From NCBI RefSeq assembly GCF_001194135.2, contig NC_068995.1, positions 57,792,794 to 57,830,091 of the forward strand: a DNA stretch of 37,298 nt, written 5' to 3'. This stretch comes from Octopus bimaculoides. Its lineage: Eukaryota. A program made the position numbers and the translations under genes. Under the pieces are notes generated by a model that saw nothing but the letters and a program-made list of their open reading frames with translations, was not told the origin of the DNA and did not search any database. Positions 12,237 to 23,538 of the stretch are shown here, one piece after another (positions within the stretch are counted from its first letter, which is position 1; each line of letters starts with the position of its first letter).

Positions 12237-13547
12237 TTATTCTGCCTTAAAATTGACCTGTTGAAAATGTTTCTGCACATAAATATCTATTAGCAGATAT
12301 AGATCTGATAACAGGCATACATGTGTGCACGCATTATCTATATATGTATGTATGCACGTATATAGGTGTGTTTGTATGTATGTATGTATGTATGTATACA
12401 TATATATGTATGTGTATATATATATACATACATACATATGTANNNNNNNNNNNNNNNNNNNNNNNNNNNNNNNNNNNNNNNNNNNNNNNNNNNNNNNNNN
12501 NNNNNNNNNNNNNNNNNNNNNNNNNNNNNNNNNNNNNNNNNNNNNNNNNNNNNNNNNNNNNNNNNNNNNNNNNNNNNNNNNNNNNNNNNNNNNNNNNNNN
12601 NNNNNNNNNNNNNNNNNNNNNNNNNNNNNNNNNNNNNNNNNNNNNNNNNNNNNNNNNNNNNNNNNNNNNNNNNNNNNNNNNNNNNNNNNNNNNNNNNNNN
12701 NNNNNNNNNNNNNNNNNNNNNNNNNNNNNNNNNNNNNNNNNNNNNNNNNNNNNNNNNNNNNNNNNNNNNNNNNNNNNNNNNNNNNNNNNNNNNNNNNNNN
12801 NNNNNNNNNNNNNNNNNNNNNNNNNNNNNNNNNNNNNNNNNNNNNNNNNNNNNNNNNNNNNNNNNNNNNNNNNNNNNNNNNNNNNNNNNNNNNNNNNNNN
12901 NNNNNNNNNNNNNNNNNNNNNNNNNNNNNNNNNNNNNNNNNNNNNNNNNNNNNNNNNNNNNNNNNNNNNNNNNNNNNNNNNNNNNNNNNNNNNNNNNNNN
13001 NNNNNNNNNNNNNNNNNNNNNNNNNNNNNNNNNNNNNNNNNNNNNNNNNNNNNNNNNNNNNNNNNNNNNNNNNNNNNNNNNNNNNNNNNNNNNNNNNNNN
13101 NNNNNNNNNNNNNNNNNNNNNNNNNNNNNNNNNNNNNNNNNNNNNNNNNNNNNNNNNNNNNNNNNNNNNNNNNNNNNNNNNNNNNNNNNNNNNNNNNNNN
13201 NNNNNNNNNNNNNNNNNNNNNNNNNNNNNNNNNNNNNNNNNNNNNNNNNNNNNNNNNNNNNNNNNNNNNNNNNNNNNNNNNNNNNNNNNNNNNNNNNNNN
13301 NNNNNNNNNNNNNNNNNNNNNNNNNNNNNNNNNNNNNNNNNNNNNNNNNNNNNNNNNNNNNNNNNNNNNNNNNNNNNNNNNNNNNNNNNNNNNNNNNNNN
13401 NNNNNNNNNNNNNNNNNNNNNNTGTGTACGTGTGACTTTATTTCTAGCGTATGAATGCAGACATAAATGCATGTATTCATACGCAGACGGAGAAACACGC
13501 GTGCACATATGTATGTATATCAATAACAGTTTGACTCAGCGGCACTT

Positions 13548-13578
13548 GACTTAAAGTTTCGTGGGTGCGCATCATCAG
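13548..13578 (-). ncRNA. Hammerhead catalytic core without a recognisable stem I
   Basis: Minus strand: CUGAUGA U GCG-cacc-CAC GAAA C UUUAA GUC. Stem III is near-palindromic (ACUUUAAGU), stem II has one mismatch, and the flanks do not pair. Confidence 0.45.
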
Positions 13579-13630
13579 GTATCAGGAGACATTTATATGT
13601 ATATATATATGTATACATAATGTTTAAATG

Positions 13631-13787
13631 TATAATTATAATTAATCTGATTATAATTAAGGGCGCTGGAGGGACAACGGCAATACCCTAGAAGTAGACG
13701 TCAAATGTCGACATTTGACGTCCACTCGTAGCGTATTGGCGTTGTCTCGCCAACGTCCTTAATTATAATCAGATATCTATAATTATA
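13631..13787. repeat. 157-bp spacerless imperfect palindrome (hairpin-type MITE candidate)
   Basis: The arms match at about 67 of 79 positions. The perfect 26-bp core gacgtcaaatgtc|gacatttgacgtc spans 13697-13722, centred at 13709/13710. Confidence 0.9.
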
Positions 13788-14013
13788 TACGTCAATATTA
13801 ATTTTACCGATATGGTGTTCTTTATACGCTGGCCACTGGTATAATCATTTCAATGATTATAATTCTCAATCGTAATTACTGTAGGTATGACACATTTTCT
13901 TATATTACCGATGGGGGCAAAAGATCACTATCAAATTCCAAAGATCCCTATCATATAACGAGGAAAACTCTAGTGTATACCCCCCCACACACACACACAC
14001 GCATATATATATA

Positions 14014-14121
14014 TTGAAGAGCGTAGCTCGAAACGTCAAAGACTTTCCGTATTCCCGAGCGTCATACTAATATATACTTTTGTTATTTACACCACCTGTC
14101 CTCGTCTGTTGTTATTATTTG
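14014..14121 (+). mobile_element. 5'-truncated copy of the hammerhead-like repeat family at 2921-3055
   Basis: UUGA A GAGC-gua-GCUC GAAA C GUC AAAG, followed by actttccgtattcccgagcgtcatactaat..tttacaccacctgtcctcgtctgttg. Confidence 0.75.
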
Positions 14122-14280
14122 NNNNNNNNNNNNNNNNNNNNNNNNNNNNNNNNNNNNNNNNNNNNNNNNNNNNNNNNNNNNNNNNNNNNNNNNNNNNNNN
14201 NNNNNNNNNNNNNNNNNNNNNNNNNNNNNNNNNNNNNNNNNNNNNNNNNNNNNNNNNNNNNNNNNNNNNNNNATATATAA

Positions 14281-15270
14281 GCAGTGTATTATTCCAGAGA
14301 TCGAAAATAAACTCAGACCCCCTTATGAAAAGGAAACGAGGGCCGTGGAAAATATAAAATGCAAAAGCATCACAGGCGGCCATGGACCCTGATCACATAC
14401 TAACACTACAAAGCGACTTGCATGCAATATGCAAATGAGCTGATGAAAATAGCATGCAGTTCAATGGTGATAGGTTTCAAGCACTCCACTATCGGCCCCA
14501 AACAGACCACAATCGGAATACATAGGGTCAGTGAGTAGTGCAACCACAGAGTAATAATGCAACATTCCATGTACTTATTACCAAAATAACAACATTGTGC
14601 AACGAGCAGCTGGATGGATTCTCAGATCATTAAGAACCAGAAATAAGGGTACTTTGCTACTTCTATGGAGGACATTTGTCCTCAATCGTCTGGATTATTG
14701 CTCCAAACTTTGGCCACCGCAGATTATCAAACTGGTGGCAGAACTTGAGACAATCCAACACAAAGAAGATTGACTCGATGAAACAGATGAGTTACTGGGA
14801 GAGGCTACGAGAATTGAAGCTCTATTCCATGGAGAGAAGGCGAAAATGCGTGCAGTGATATACACATAGAAAATCCAGGGAGGTCTAACCTCCAGTTTTA
14901 GAATTAAAAGCTATACCAACCACTGAACTGGACAGCGCTGCATAATACCAAAGATCCCATCTTCTCCATCTGGAATAAGGATCCAGTACTGCAACAGTCT
15001 GGGTTTCAGGGGATCACATCTGATTAATATTCTGCCAAACCACTTCAGAGACTTGCGAGGTGTAGATGTGGAGATCTTGAAAAAGCATCTGGACAAAATT
15101 CTGAAATCCCAAATGAAGCCACAGCGAGGCAGGGGCCACAAAGAGGAGCGGATCCATCCAACTCGTTTCTTCACCAGAAAACAATACAGAAAGGAAATTC
15201 AAACAGAGTGAAAGGCGGTGCTCCAGCATGGCTCCAGCGTTTAGCTAAAAGCAACAACAGATAAAAGATA
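14281..15270 (+). mobile_element. Decayed, internally deleted CR1-like LINE: C-terminal part of ORF2 plus 3' tail
   Basis: Broken translation gives LQSDLHAICK*ADENSMQFNGDRFQALHY, then AGWILRSLRTRNKGTLLLLWRTFVLNRLDYCSKLWPP..LETIQ, frameshift, TKKIDSMKQMSYWERLRELKLYSMERRR, then LGFRGSHLINILPNHFRDLRGVDVEILKKHLDKIL. These are typical post-RT motifs of CR1-group ORF2, with several stops and frameshifts. Confidence 0.9.
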
Positions 15271-15806
15271 ATGTATTAAATTTATGTGTGTGTGTGCTTC
15301 TATGTACAATATTATACACTCACACACACACACACGTACAGACACACACACACACGTATACACACACACACATTCATACACGAATATAATATATATTGTA
15401 TACAATACGTGTATTATGTATTTCATATTTTGCATGTGCAATATGTATATGCAAGAACATATATAAATATATGTCTGTGTGTGAGTTGATGTATGTGTGT
15501 ATGTATGGATGTGTGTATGTATGTATGTGTGTATGCATTGTGTGTGTGTGTGGATAGATAGATAGATATTTATACTCACGAGCATACATAAATAAATATA
15601 TATATACATGCAGTGCGCATATATANNNNNNNNNNGTGTGTGTGTGTGTGTGTGTGTGTGTGCGTATAAGTATGCAGGTATTTTCTTTCTTGCTTCAGTT
15701 CTTTGGATTTTCCTGCAAAGAATTTGCTGGTTTCTGACAGAAAAATAGTTCTGTTACTGGAATTCAGACAACAGTCACATGTTAAAGAAATCCTGCGTCA
15801 GATGTT

Positions 15807-15960
15807 GACGTGGCTGTGGGGTTAAGAAACCCGTTTCGCAGTTAAGTGGTTTTGGTTCAATCTCATTTCGCGGCACTTTGGACAAGTATCTTTCGCTGTA
15901 GCCTCGGGTCGATTATTATTTGCTTAATGAATTTGGTAGACAGAACGATGTTGAAGTTCG
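15807..15960 (+). mobile_element. SINE family B, 5' half ending at a microsatellite
   Basis: gacgtggctgtggggttaagaa head, ggttcaatctc B box, ggcactttggacaagtatctttcgctgtagcctcgggtcga, gaatttggtagac. Confidence 0.8.
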
Positions 15961-16000
15961 TTGAAAAACACAGACATACACACATACATACGTATATGTT

Positions 16001-16038
<38 letters not shown>

Positions 16039-16267
16039 GAGAGACAGACAGACAGGCAGACAGACAGACAGATACATACATACATACATACACTTACGTA
16101 TGTATGATTATTTACAGGTACCTATTCATGCCTTTCTATTGTTTTATCTGAAAGGAAGTTCACTGACGGAGCCGAGTTGGATCCTCCCCAAAATCAAGAT
16201 TTACATAACAATGACTTCGATAACACTATAATAACCAGCAAGTGCAGACCCTTACAAAAGAACATAC

Positions 16268-16453
16268 GTAGATATTAACTGGGACGTTAATCGATTCAGT
16301 TAATTGACCAATCAGATCAACCGTTACTCGTGTATACTTGATGCCGTAATCATACGTAATAATTTCTACTTCTCGACTGGTATTCTTGTTGGTGTTGTAA
16401 CTCGTTGCTCTGAAACAGGAACTTCCAGCCAGCGGGCCACGACAAATATCGGG
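16268..16453 (-). CDS. Candidate 186-nt internal exon (PDICRGPLAGSSCFRATSYNTNKNTSREVEIITYDYGIKYTRVTVDLIGQLTESINVPVNIY), product unknown
   Basis: Acceptor ttctttccctgcag| and donor AC|GTATGT; 62 open codons in phase 0-0 with an in-frame stop just upstream of the acceptor. No homology recognised. Confidence 0.25.
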
Positions 16454-17029
16454 CTGCAGGGAAAGAATGAACTTTTAATTTTATTTCTATTTCCTAGACT
16501 GTTGCAATCTGCGGGATTTTTCTTAGCATTGTATTTGTATGTATTAGAAATGTAATGATTAAATGCTATGTACTGCACTTTTTTTTTATTATTATGTGTG
16601 TGTTCCGTTGATCTGTGGTAAAATTGGTTTGCATGAAATGGTCTGAGGGGCAAAAATGTTTTGGGACCGCTTCCCTAACTTACAACTCCAACAGGCTCTG
16701 ATGGATTAGACCAATGAAGAAAAGAATTCCAACCATGATTTGTGGGAGTTTCTGGCTGTTATTTTTTAGGATGTTGAGAGACCACGTTGAAGCTCCGTCA
16801 TTGGCTCAATTGATATTGTTATTATTGTTGTTTAGCTCTAGTCTGGCACTAATCGAACTGACCAATAATCAAAAGTAGATTAGCACGCAGTTTATGGTCG
16901 CGAAAATGAATTGTCCTAAAAATCTGGTAAATTAAATTGCGATAGAAACTTATTTCCTGTAAACAATGTATGTGAGACATAACCAATGTATAAAACGTAT
17001 TGAGCGTCACCTAAAAACCGTTCACATAA

Positions 17030-17081
17030 AAGGCGGTGCTCCTGCATGGCCACAGTCAAATGCCTGGAACAAGTAAAAGAG
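17030..17081 (+). mobile_element. Isolated SINE B / LINE 3' tail
   Basis: aaggcggtgctcctgcatggccacagtcaaatgcctggaacaagtaaaagag. Confidence 0.8.
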
Positions 17082-17237
17082 TATATTTTATACCAGATGG
17101 AAACAACTACACTTCTCTGTGATGTTCGTTGCTGGGTACAGTCCATTAGAACAGTGTACCTCAGGTACTACTCTGAAATACTTAACAGATCACTAGAATG
17201 TTTATAAATATAAACACATACATACGAACGCACGTTT

Positions 17238-17301
17238 GGATGGATGTATGGATGGATGGATGGATGGATGGATGGATGGATGGATGGATGGATGGATGGA
17301 T
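17238..17301. repeat. (GGAT)n microsatellite
   Basis: Direct reading. Confidence 0.95.
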
Positions 17302-17513
17302 GTGCGTACGTACAGATGTATGTATGCATACATGCATACATGTATGCATGTGTGTTTGCATGTATGCATGCATGTATGTATGTGTCCATGCATACATTTC
17401 TTGAGATATTTGTGTTAGAATTCCTTTCACAGACTAGAAACTGAACTCATATCGAAAGAATACAACGGTCTAAAATGAAGATGCAATATCTCCTAAGTAA
17501 CAGCCTCTTTTTA

Positions 17514-17675
17514 TTCTTCTTCTTCTTCTTCTTCTTCTTCTTCTTCTTCTTCTTCTTCTTCTTCACCACCATCATCATCACCATCATCATCACCATCATC
17601 ACCATCACCATCATCATCATCATCATCATCATCATCTTCTTCTTCTTCTTCTTCTTCTTCTTCTTCTTCTTCTTC

Positions 17676-17718
<43 letters not shown>

Positions 17719-17762
17719 TTTTTTATGTTTTGCCAACATATGAAAAACGAAATTCTATAAGC

Positions 17763-17814
<52 letters not shown>
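17514..17814. repeat. Compound trinucleotide array (TCT)n-(CAT)n-(TCT)n-(AAT)n...(AAT)n
   Basis: Direct reading. Confidence 0.95.
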
Positions 17815-17815
<1 letters not shown>

Positions 17816-17986
17816 GTCGTGAAAAAACTCGTGTCCTTTTAGTTATGAATTGTAAAATTTTAAAGAATTTCCAAAATTTCAAAAAAGTTACCATATAAAC
17901 AAGTTGGCAAAACAACATGGAGANNNNNNNNNNTGCTAGACATAGAATTGTGGAGGAAAAACTAACATGTTTAATTTGTTACACAT

Positions 17987-18017
<31 letters not shown>

Positions 18018-18391
18018 GTGTCTGTATTCCAGTGGTTATGCATGTGTGTGTATGTGTGCGTATGTTTAAACTGACTTTATTGACGAACAACAATAACAAC
18101 AACGAAAACATGAAAAAATCTTCAATTAATTCGGAAATTACACAAGAAAAGTGCAACAAGTTGAGCTATCAGTGCAGTAGCAGTCATATTTCAAAGGTTC
18201 ATTAACTAAATGTGTTTGTTTGGTTGGCCTTTTCCGTAGAACCAGTAGTTACGCCTGGCTAAAATAAGAAACCGTTTTGGTGTTTTGGTTTGTTTGTTTG
18301 TTTTTTGTTTTTTGAAGACGTTGAAGATGTTGGTACGTTACTTGTTAGCATTTTAGTTTAAACAAGGAAACAAAAGAACAAAATATCGCCA

Positions 18392-18424
<33 letters not shown>

Positions 18425-18510
18425 AGCAACAGCAACAACAATAAAAAATTCTACAATGACATCAGGGTCATTCAATTACCATGTAAATGACGAAGAAGAA
18501 TAAAAGCAAA

Positions 18511-18547
<37 letters not shown>

Positions 18548-18770
18548 CATCCATTCATCCATCAATACATACATACATACACACATACATACATACATAC
18601 ACACATACATACATGTATGTGTGTGTTTGTGTGTGTGTGTGTGTTGATGAAGAATAGTTAGAAAATAAGAGAGACTGGAAGAGGTACATAAAACAACAAT
18701 GAAAGACGAAAGAACGAACGGAAGAATGGTAGAAAGGAAGTCTTGCTAAATTTCCATATTCAAACTAGTC

Positions 18771-19605
18771 CCACATTTCGCCAGACAACCAGTGAGCCAC
18801 ATTTCGCCAGACGACCAGTGAGCCACATTTCGCCAGACGACCAGTGAGCCACATTTCGCCAGACAACCAGTGAGCCACATTTCGCCAGACGACCAGTGAA
18901 NNNNNNNNNNNNNNNNNNNNNNNNNNNNNNNNNNNNNNNNNNNNNNNNNNNNNNNNNNNNNNNNNNNNNNNNNNNNNNNNNNNNNNNNNNNNNNNNNNNN
19001 NNNNNNNNNNNNNNNNNNNNNNNNNNNNNNNNNNNNNNNNNNNNNNNNNNNNNNNNNNNNNNNNNNNNNNNNNNNNNNNNNNNNNNNNNNNNNNNNNNNN
19101 NNNNNNNNNNNNNNNNNNNNNNNNNNNNNNNNNNNNNNNNNNNNNNNNNNNNNNNNNNNNNNNNNNNNNNNNNNNNNNNNNNNNNNNNNNNNNNNNNNNN
19201 NNNNNNNNNNNNNNNNNNNNNNNNNNNNNNNNNNNNNNNNNNNNNNNNNNNNNNNNNNNNNNNNNNNNNNNNNNNNNNNNNNNNNNNNNNNNNNNNNNNN
19301 NNNNNNNNNNNNNNNNNNNNNNNNNNNNNNNNNNNNNNNNNNNNNNNNNNNNNNNNNNNNNNNNNNNNNNNNNNNNNNNNNNNNNNNNNNNNNNNNNNNN
19401 NNNNNNNNNNNNNNNNNNNNNNNNNNNNNNNNNNNNNNNNNNNNNNNNNNNNNNNNNNNNNNNNNNNNNNNNNNNNNNNNNNNNNNNNNNNNNNNNNNNN
19501 CCCACATTTCGCCAGACAACCAGTGAGCCACATTTCGCCAGACGACCAGTGAGCCACATTTCGCCAGACAACCAGTGAGCCACATTTCGCCAGACGACCA
19601 GTGAA
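18771..19605. repeat. 26-bp minisatellite ccacatttcgccagac(a/g)accagtgag spanning a gap
   Basis: Five units at 18771-18900 and four units at 19502-19605, contiguous with no spacers; N-gap 18901-19500. Confidence 0.97.
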
Positions 19606-20146
19606 AGGTAAAGGAAATGTAGGCGTTTGTTTGAGAAAGCTGGACGTCGAAAGGAAGAAGTAACAAGAAAATCTTTATAGGTTTAACGTTAAGTTGCAGG
19701 TATTAATTAGTTTGCTTTAGTTGCAAGTAAGAATGAGATTTCGTTCAGTAATCATTTATAGGAGAGTAACGAGGTATTTTTGCAAGAAATGGCAAAATTG
19801 CATCTAATAAGGTAGATTGCTGTTGGAAATTAACAATGCGATTTCCTGTAAGAAGATGTGTTCTAAAAAGTATAGAATGAAATTGTCGAACGCTCACCTA
19901 TTAAATATAAAGATACGTTATGTGGGAAACTGTTTGAAGCTTTGTATAGAAAACCTTATATATTAGGTGTCCTTCCTCGAGCACAAAACGAATTTTGTTT
20001 CTGTAAAGAATGCAGTCAATTGAATTTCTGTAGTATATTACTGGTATGTGTTATTAACTGATAAAAGTTTTAGTAATTCCAAAGCAATGATAATAAACTC
20101 AATCCTATAGTTTCAAAAAACAAAACAAGGAAAAAGAAAAAAATAT

Positions 20147-20348
20147 CTTTTATTTGTGTCAGTCATTAGACTGCGGCCCTACCGGAGCACTGATCTGAGG
20201 AATGTTTAATCAAATGAATCGACACCCATTACTCATTTTTTTAAAACCTTAGTACTTGTTCAACCGACCTCTTTTGCCAAATTGCAAAATCAAGGGGATG
20301 TAAACACACCAACNNNNNNNNNNGGTGCCACGCAGTGGGACTGAATAC
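20147..20348 (-). mobile_element. SINE family B, with the middle collapsed into a 10-N gap
   Basis: The plus strand shows cagtcattagactgcggccctaccggagcact (tail) and ggtgccacgcagtgggactgaa (head and B box). Confidence 0.85.
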
Positions 20349-20594
20349 CTAATATGTCATAAGCTGTTAAATGGATATTATCTTTTTGTATTTGGTTCAC
20401 AATGTTGTTGATGTGAACTCGTGTATTTCAACAGATTTTATTGTATTTCTGGAGGGTCATTATGCCAATAATAAACACATGCACGGGTTTCCTTTCACTT
20501 CATTTACTGTTATTACTCAATTAGTTGGTCATTTAACCAACTAACTAATCAATTGCTTGATTGATCGTTCGATTAATCAAGGCGATAGGGAGTA

Positions 20595-20646
20595 ATTTGA
20601 GAAAAACTTTGCTTCTATTTCTAGCAGGTCGAACAACCAGATAGAA
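20595..20646 (-). mobile_element. Dispersed repeat family C fragment
   Basis: Reverse complement ctatctggttgttcgacctgctagaaatagaagcaaagtt matches 12198-12236. Confidence 0.6.
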
Positions 20647-20777
20647 ACCCTCGTGTTACATGTGTGTATTATATATCTAGTTTATCTAAGAGCGATATTT
20701 GTTGTCTTCGGTAACTGTCTAAAGTTAGTAATACACTTGCGTATCTAGAGTGTAACAATGTAATACACTCAAGTATT

Positions 20778-21050
20778 CCACTCTACACTTCACAACGCAA
20801 CACTACACAATACTAGAGAAAAGAAACCTACACTACACTAGAGAACACTATGCTATACAACACCACAGAGGATACTACAGTGCACTAGGGAATACAAACA
20901 ACATCGTACTACAGAAAGCGTACAGTGCCGTCCATTAGAACACTACATTTTCACTACAGCACAGTATATTACGGAAGAGCATAGAACACTCCACCATGCT
21001 ACAGAACATTGTCCCTCACTCAGCTACGAAATACAGATCACAGCGCAACA
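20778..21050. repeat. Highly degenerate CACTA/ACAGA-rich tandem repeat
   Basis: Recurrent acactac, tactacag, cactagag and agaacact words. Confidence 0.6.
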
Positions 21051-21300
21051 GTGTCTCGACGTTGTCCGACCTCAATATTCATATCCAGCTTTTTATATGA
21101 TTCCATAAAGCTGTTTGCAACAATAGAAGCAGTAACACCAACAACAACAACAACAAACAAGCAACAAACTACTACCACTACCCCTACTGCTGCTGCTGCT
21201 GCTACAATAGCTAGAGCACCGGGGGGGGGGAATAACAACCGCATCAACATTACAACAAAAGCCATAACAACAACAATAGTAGAAAGAACAATATTGTAAC

Positions 21301-21309
21301 AGAGAGAGG

Positions 21310-21377
<68 letters not shown>

Positions 21378-21386
21378 GAGAGAGAC

Positions 21387-21481
<95 letters not shown>
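21301..21481. repeat. (AG)n/(AGAC)n microsatellite
   Basis: Direct reading. Confidence 0.95.
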
Positions 21482-21483
<2 letters not shown>

Positions 21484-22666
21484 AAGGTGCAGAGTGAAAA
21501 AATCTTTGAAAGGCAAATGAATAGGAAAGAAAAATTATACAATATTGATATGAAGTGTGAGTTGCAAGAAGAATTGAAAAGCAGTTTACGCTTCATTGCT
21601 TTTCGCTCACGAATGCAGCCCTATCATCATCATCATCATCATCATCATTGCCACCACCATTATCTTTCTCATCACTAACATCATCATCAGCATCATCAAC
21701 GTCGCCGTCATTATTACCATGATTATTATCATCACCATCATCATCATCATCATCGATGTCACCATCGTCATCGGCGTCAGCATCATACGCTTTCGCACAA
21801 ACAAATCCTTAAATTATTATTATTATCATTATTATTATTGTTAGCATCAGCAGCATCAGCAGCAGCTTCCAGGCGCTCCCTGCCATCATTCACGCCGTCT
21901 CCCTCTCATCACTAACACTTCTGTGGCGTTAATACTTGCCTTCACATCTCACAATTTACCTCACTTTCTCTCCCTTTCCACTCTCTCTCTCTCTCTCTCT
22001 CTCCTCTCTCTCCCTATCCCACCTCTCTTTCCCTATCCCACCTCTCTCCCTCTCCTCATCTCTTGCTATATGTATATATATGCATATATGTGTGTATATA
22101 TCTGTGTGGGTGTGGGTGTGTCTATTGTAGTGACTCCAGAGAACACATTTGTGTCCAGCCCCTTCAGAATTTACTCTGTTATTATGTGAAGCAGTGGCGT
22201 GCAGGACATCACACACACACACACACAAAAATTTACATATAGAAATATGCAAGCATCCATAAACATACATGAAAACATGCTGATATATATATATATATAT
22301 ATATATGTATTTATCTATACACACGCACACAAACACAGATTGATACATACATATATTCATTTATATACACGCACACACACAAGCTTATACATACATAGGA
22401 AGACGCATGTAAACTGTACAAGTACGAGCACGACTTTCTAGAGCGATTCCTGTGTGGATGCATCGTCCGCAAGTATTTACATGCTGATTGTATTGAAGGG
22501 ATGAAGTCAACAGCAAAAACAGAAATGGCGAAATAAGCGTTAAATTATACAGCGGTTCATGCGGTGGAGTTATTTAGTGTATATAAATAAGATGCCGGGT
22601 TGGTATATACATAAGTATGCGTGTGTGTTCGTATATGTGTGTGTGTGTGTCTTTATACATACACAC

Positions 22667-22710
<44 letters not shown>

Positions 22711-23491
22711 NNNNNNNNNNNNNNNNNNNNNNNNNNNNNNNNNNNNNNNNNNNNNNNNNNNNNNNNNNNNNNNNNNNNNNNNNNNNNNNNNNNNNNNNNN
22801 NNNNNNNNNNNNNNNNNNNNNNNNNNNNNNNNNNNNNNNNNNNNNNNNNNNNNNNNNNNNNNNNNNNNNNNNNNNNNNNNNNNNNNNNNNNNNNNNNNNN
22901 NNNNNNNNNNNNNNNNNNNNNNNNNNNNNNNNNNNNNNNNNNNNNNNNNNNNNNNNNNNNNNNNNNNNNNNNNNNNNNNNNNNNNNNNNNNNNNNNNNNN
23001 NNNNNNNNNNNNNNNNNNNNNNNNNNNNNNNNNNNNNNNNNNNNNNNNNNNNNNNNNNNNNNNNNNNNNNNNNNNNNNNNNNNNNNNNNNTTCTTTTTAA
23101 GGTTGGAAATTTTCATCTCCAATGTTTGACACCAACAATTCCATTCCACATGTAGTTGTGTTTAAGTTCTTCGCTCCCATCGACGACTTTTCTTCATTGT
23201 TTTTGAACCGAGGCTGTTTTCTGCTTCTCTCCTCTAGGATCTCTGCTTCCCTGCAGCTTTGTCTCGGATTTTGCATCACCACATCATATGTTTCCCAGAA
23301 GGAAACCTTTCCTTCAAGTCTTTTTGGTTTTGAACCGCTGATCTTACCAAACGGTTTCGCGCAAGGAATACAATGGAGTGTCGGCTAACAATCTGATTAT
23401 ATAACCTTATTCTCATCAGCGTTAGCCGATATGGAATGGAATATAGTGACTGCACTCTAGACCATTTCGGATAATATATATATATACATAA

Positions 23492-23538
<47 letters not shown>

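Noticed and set aside
14440-14450. CUGAUGA inside the LINE
   Set aside because: It is part of the ORF2 coding remnant (A-D-E-N), with no accompanying structure.
18771-19605. CRISPR-like array
   Set aside because: The units are contiguous with no unique spacers, there are no cas genes, and the context is eukaryotic; it is a minisatellite.
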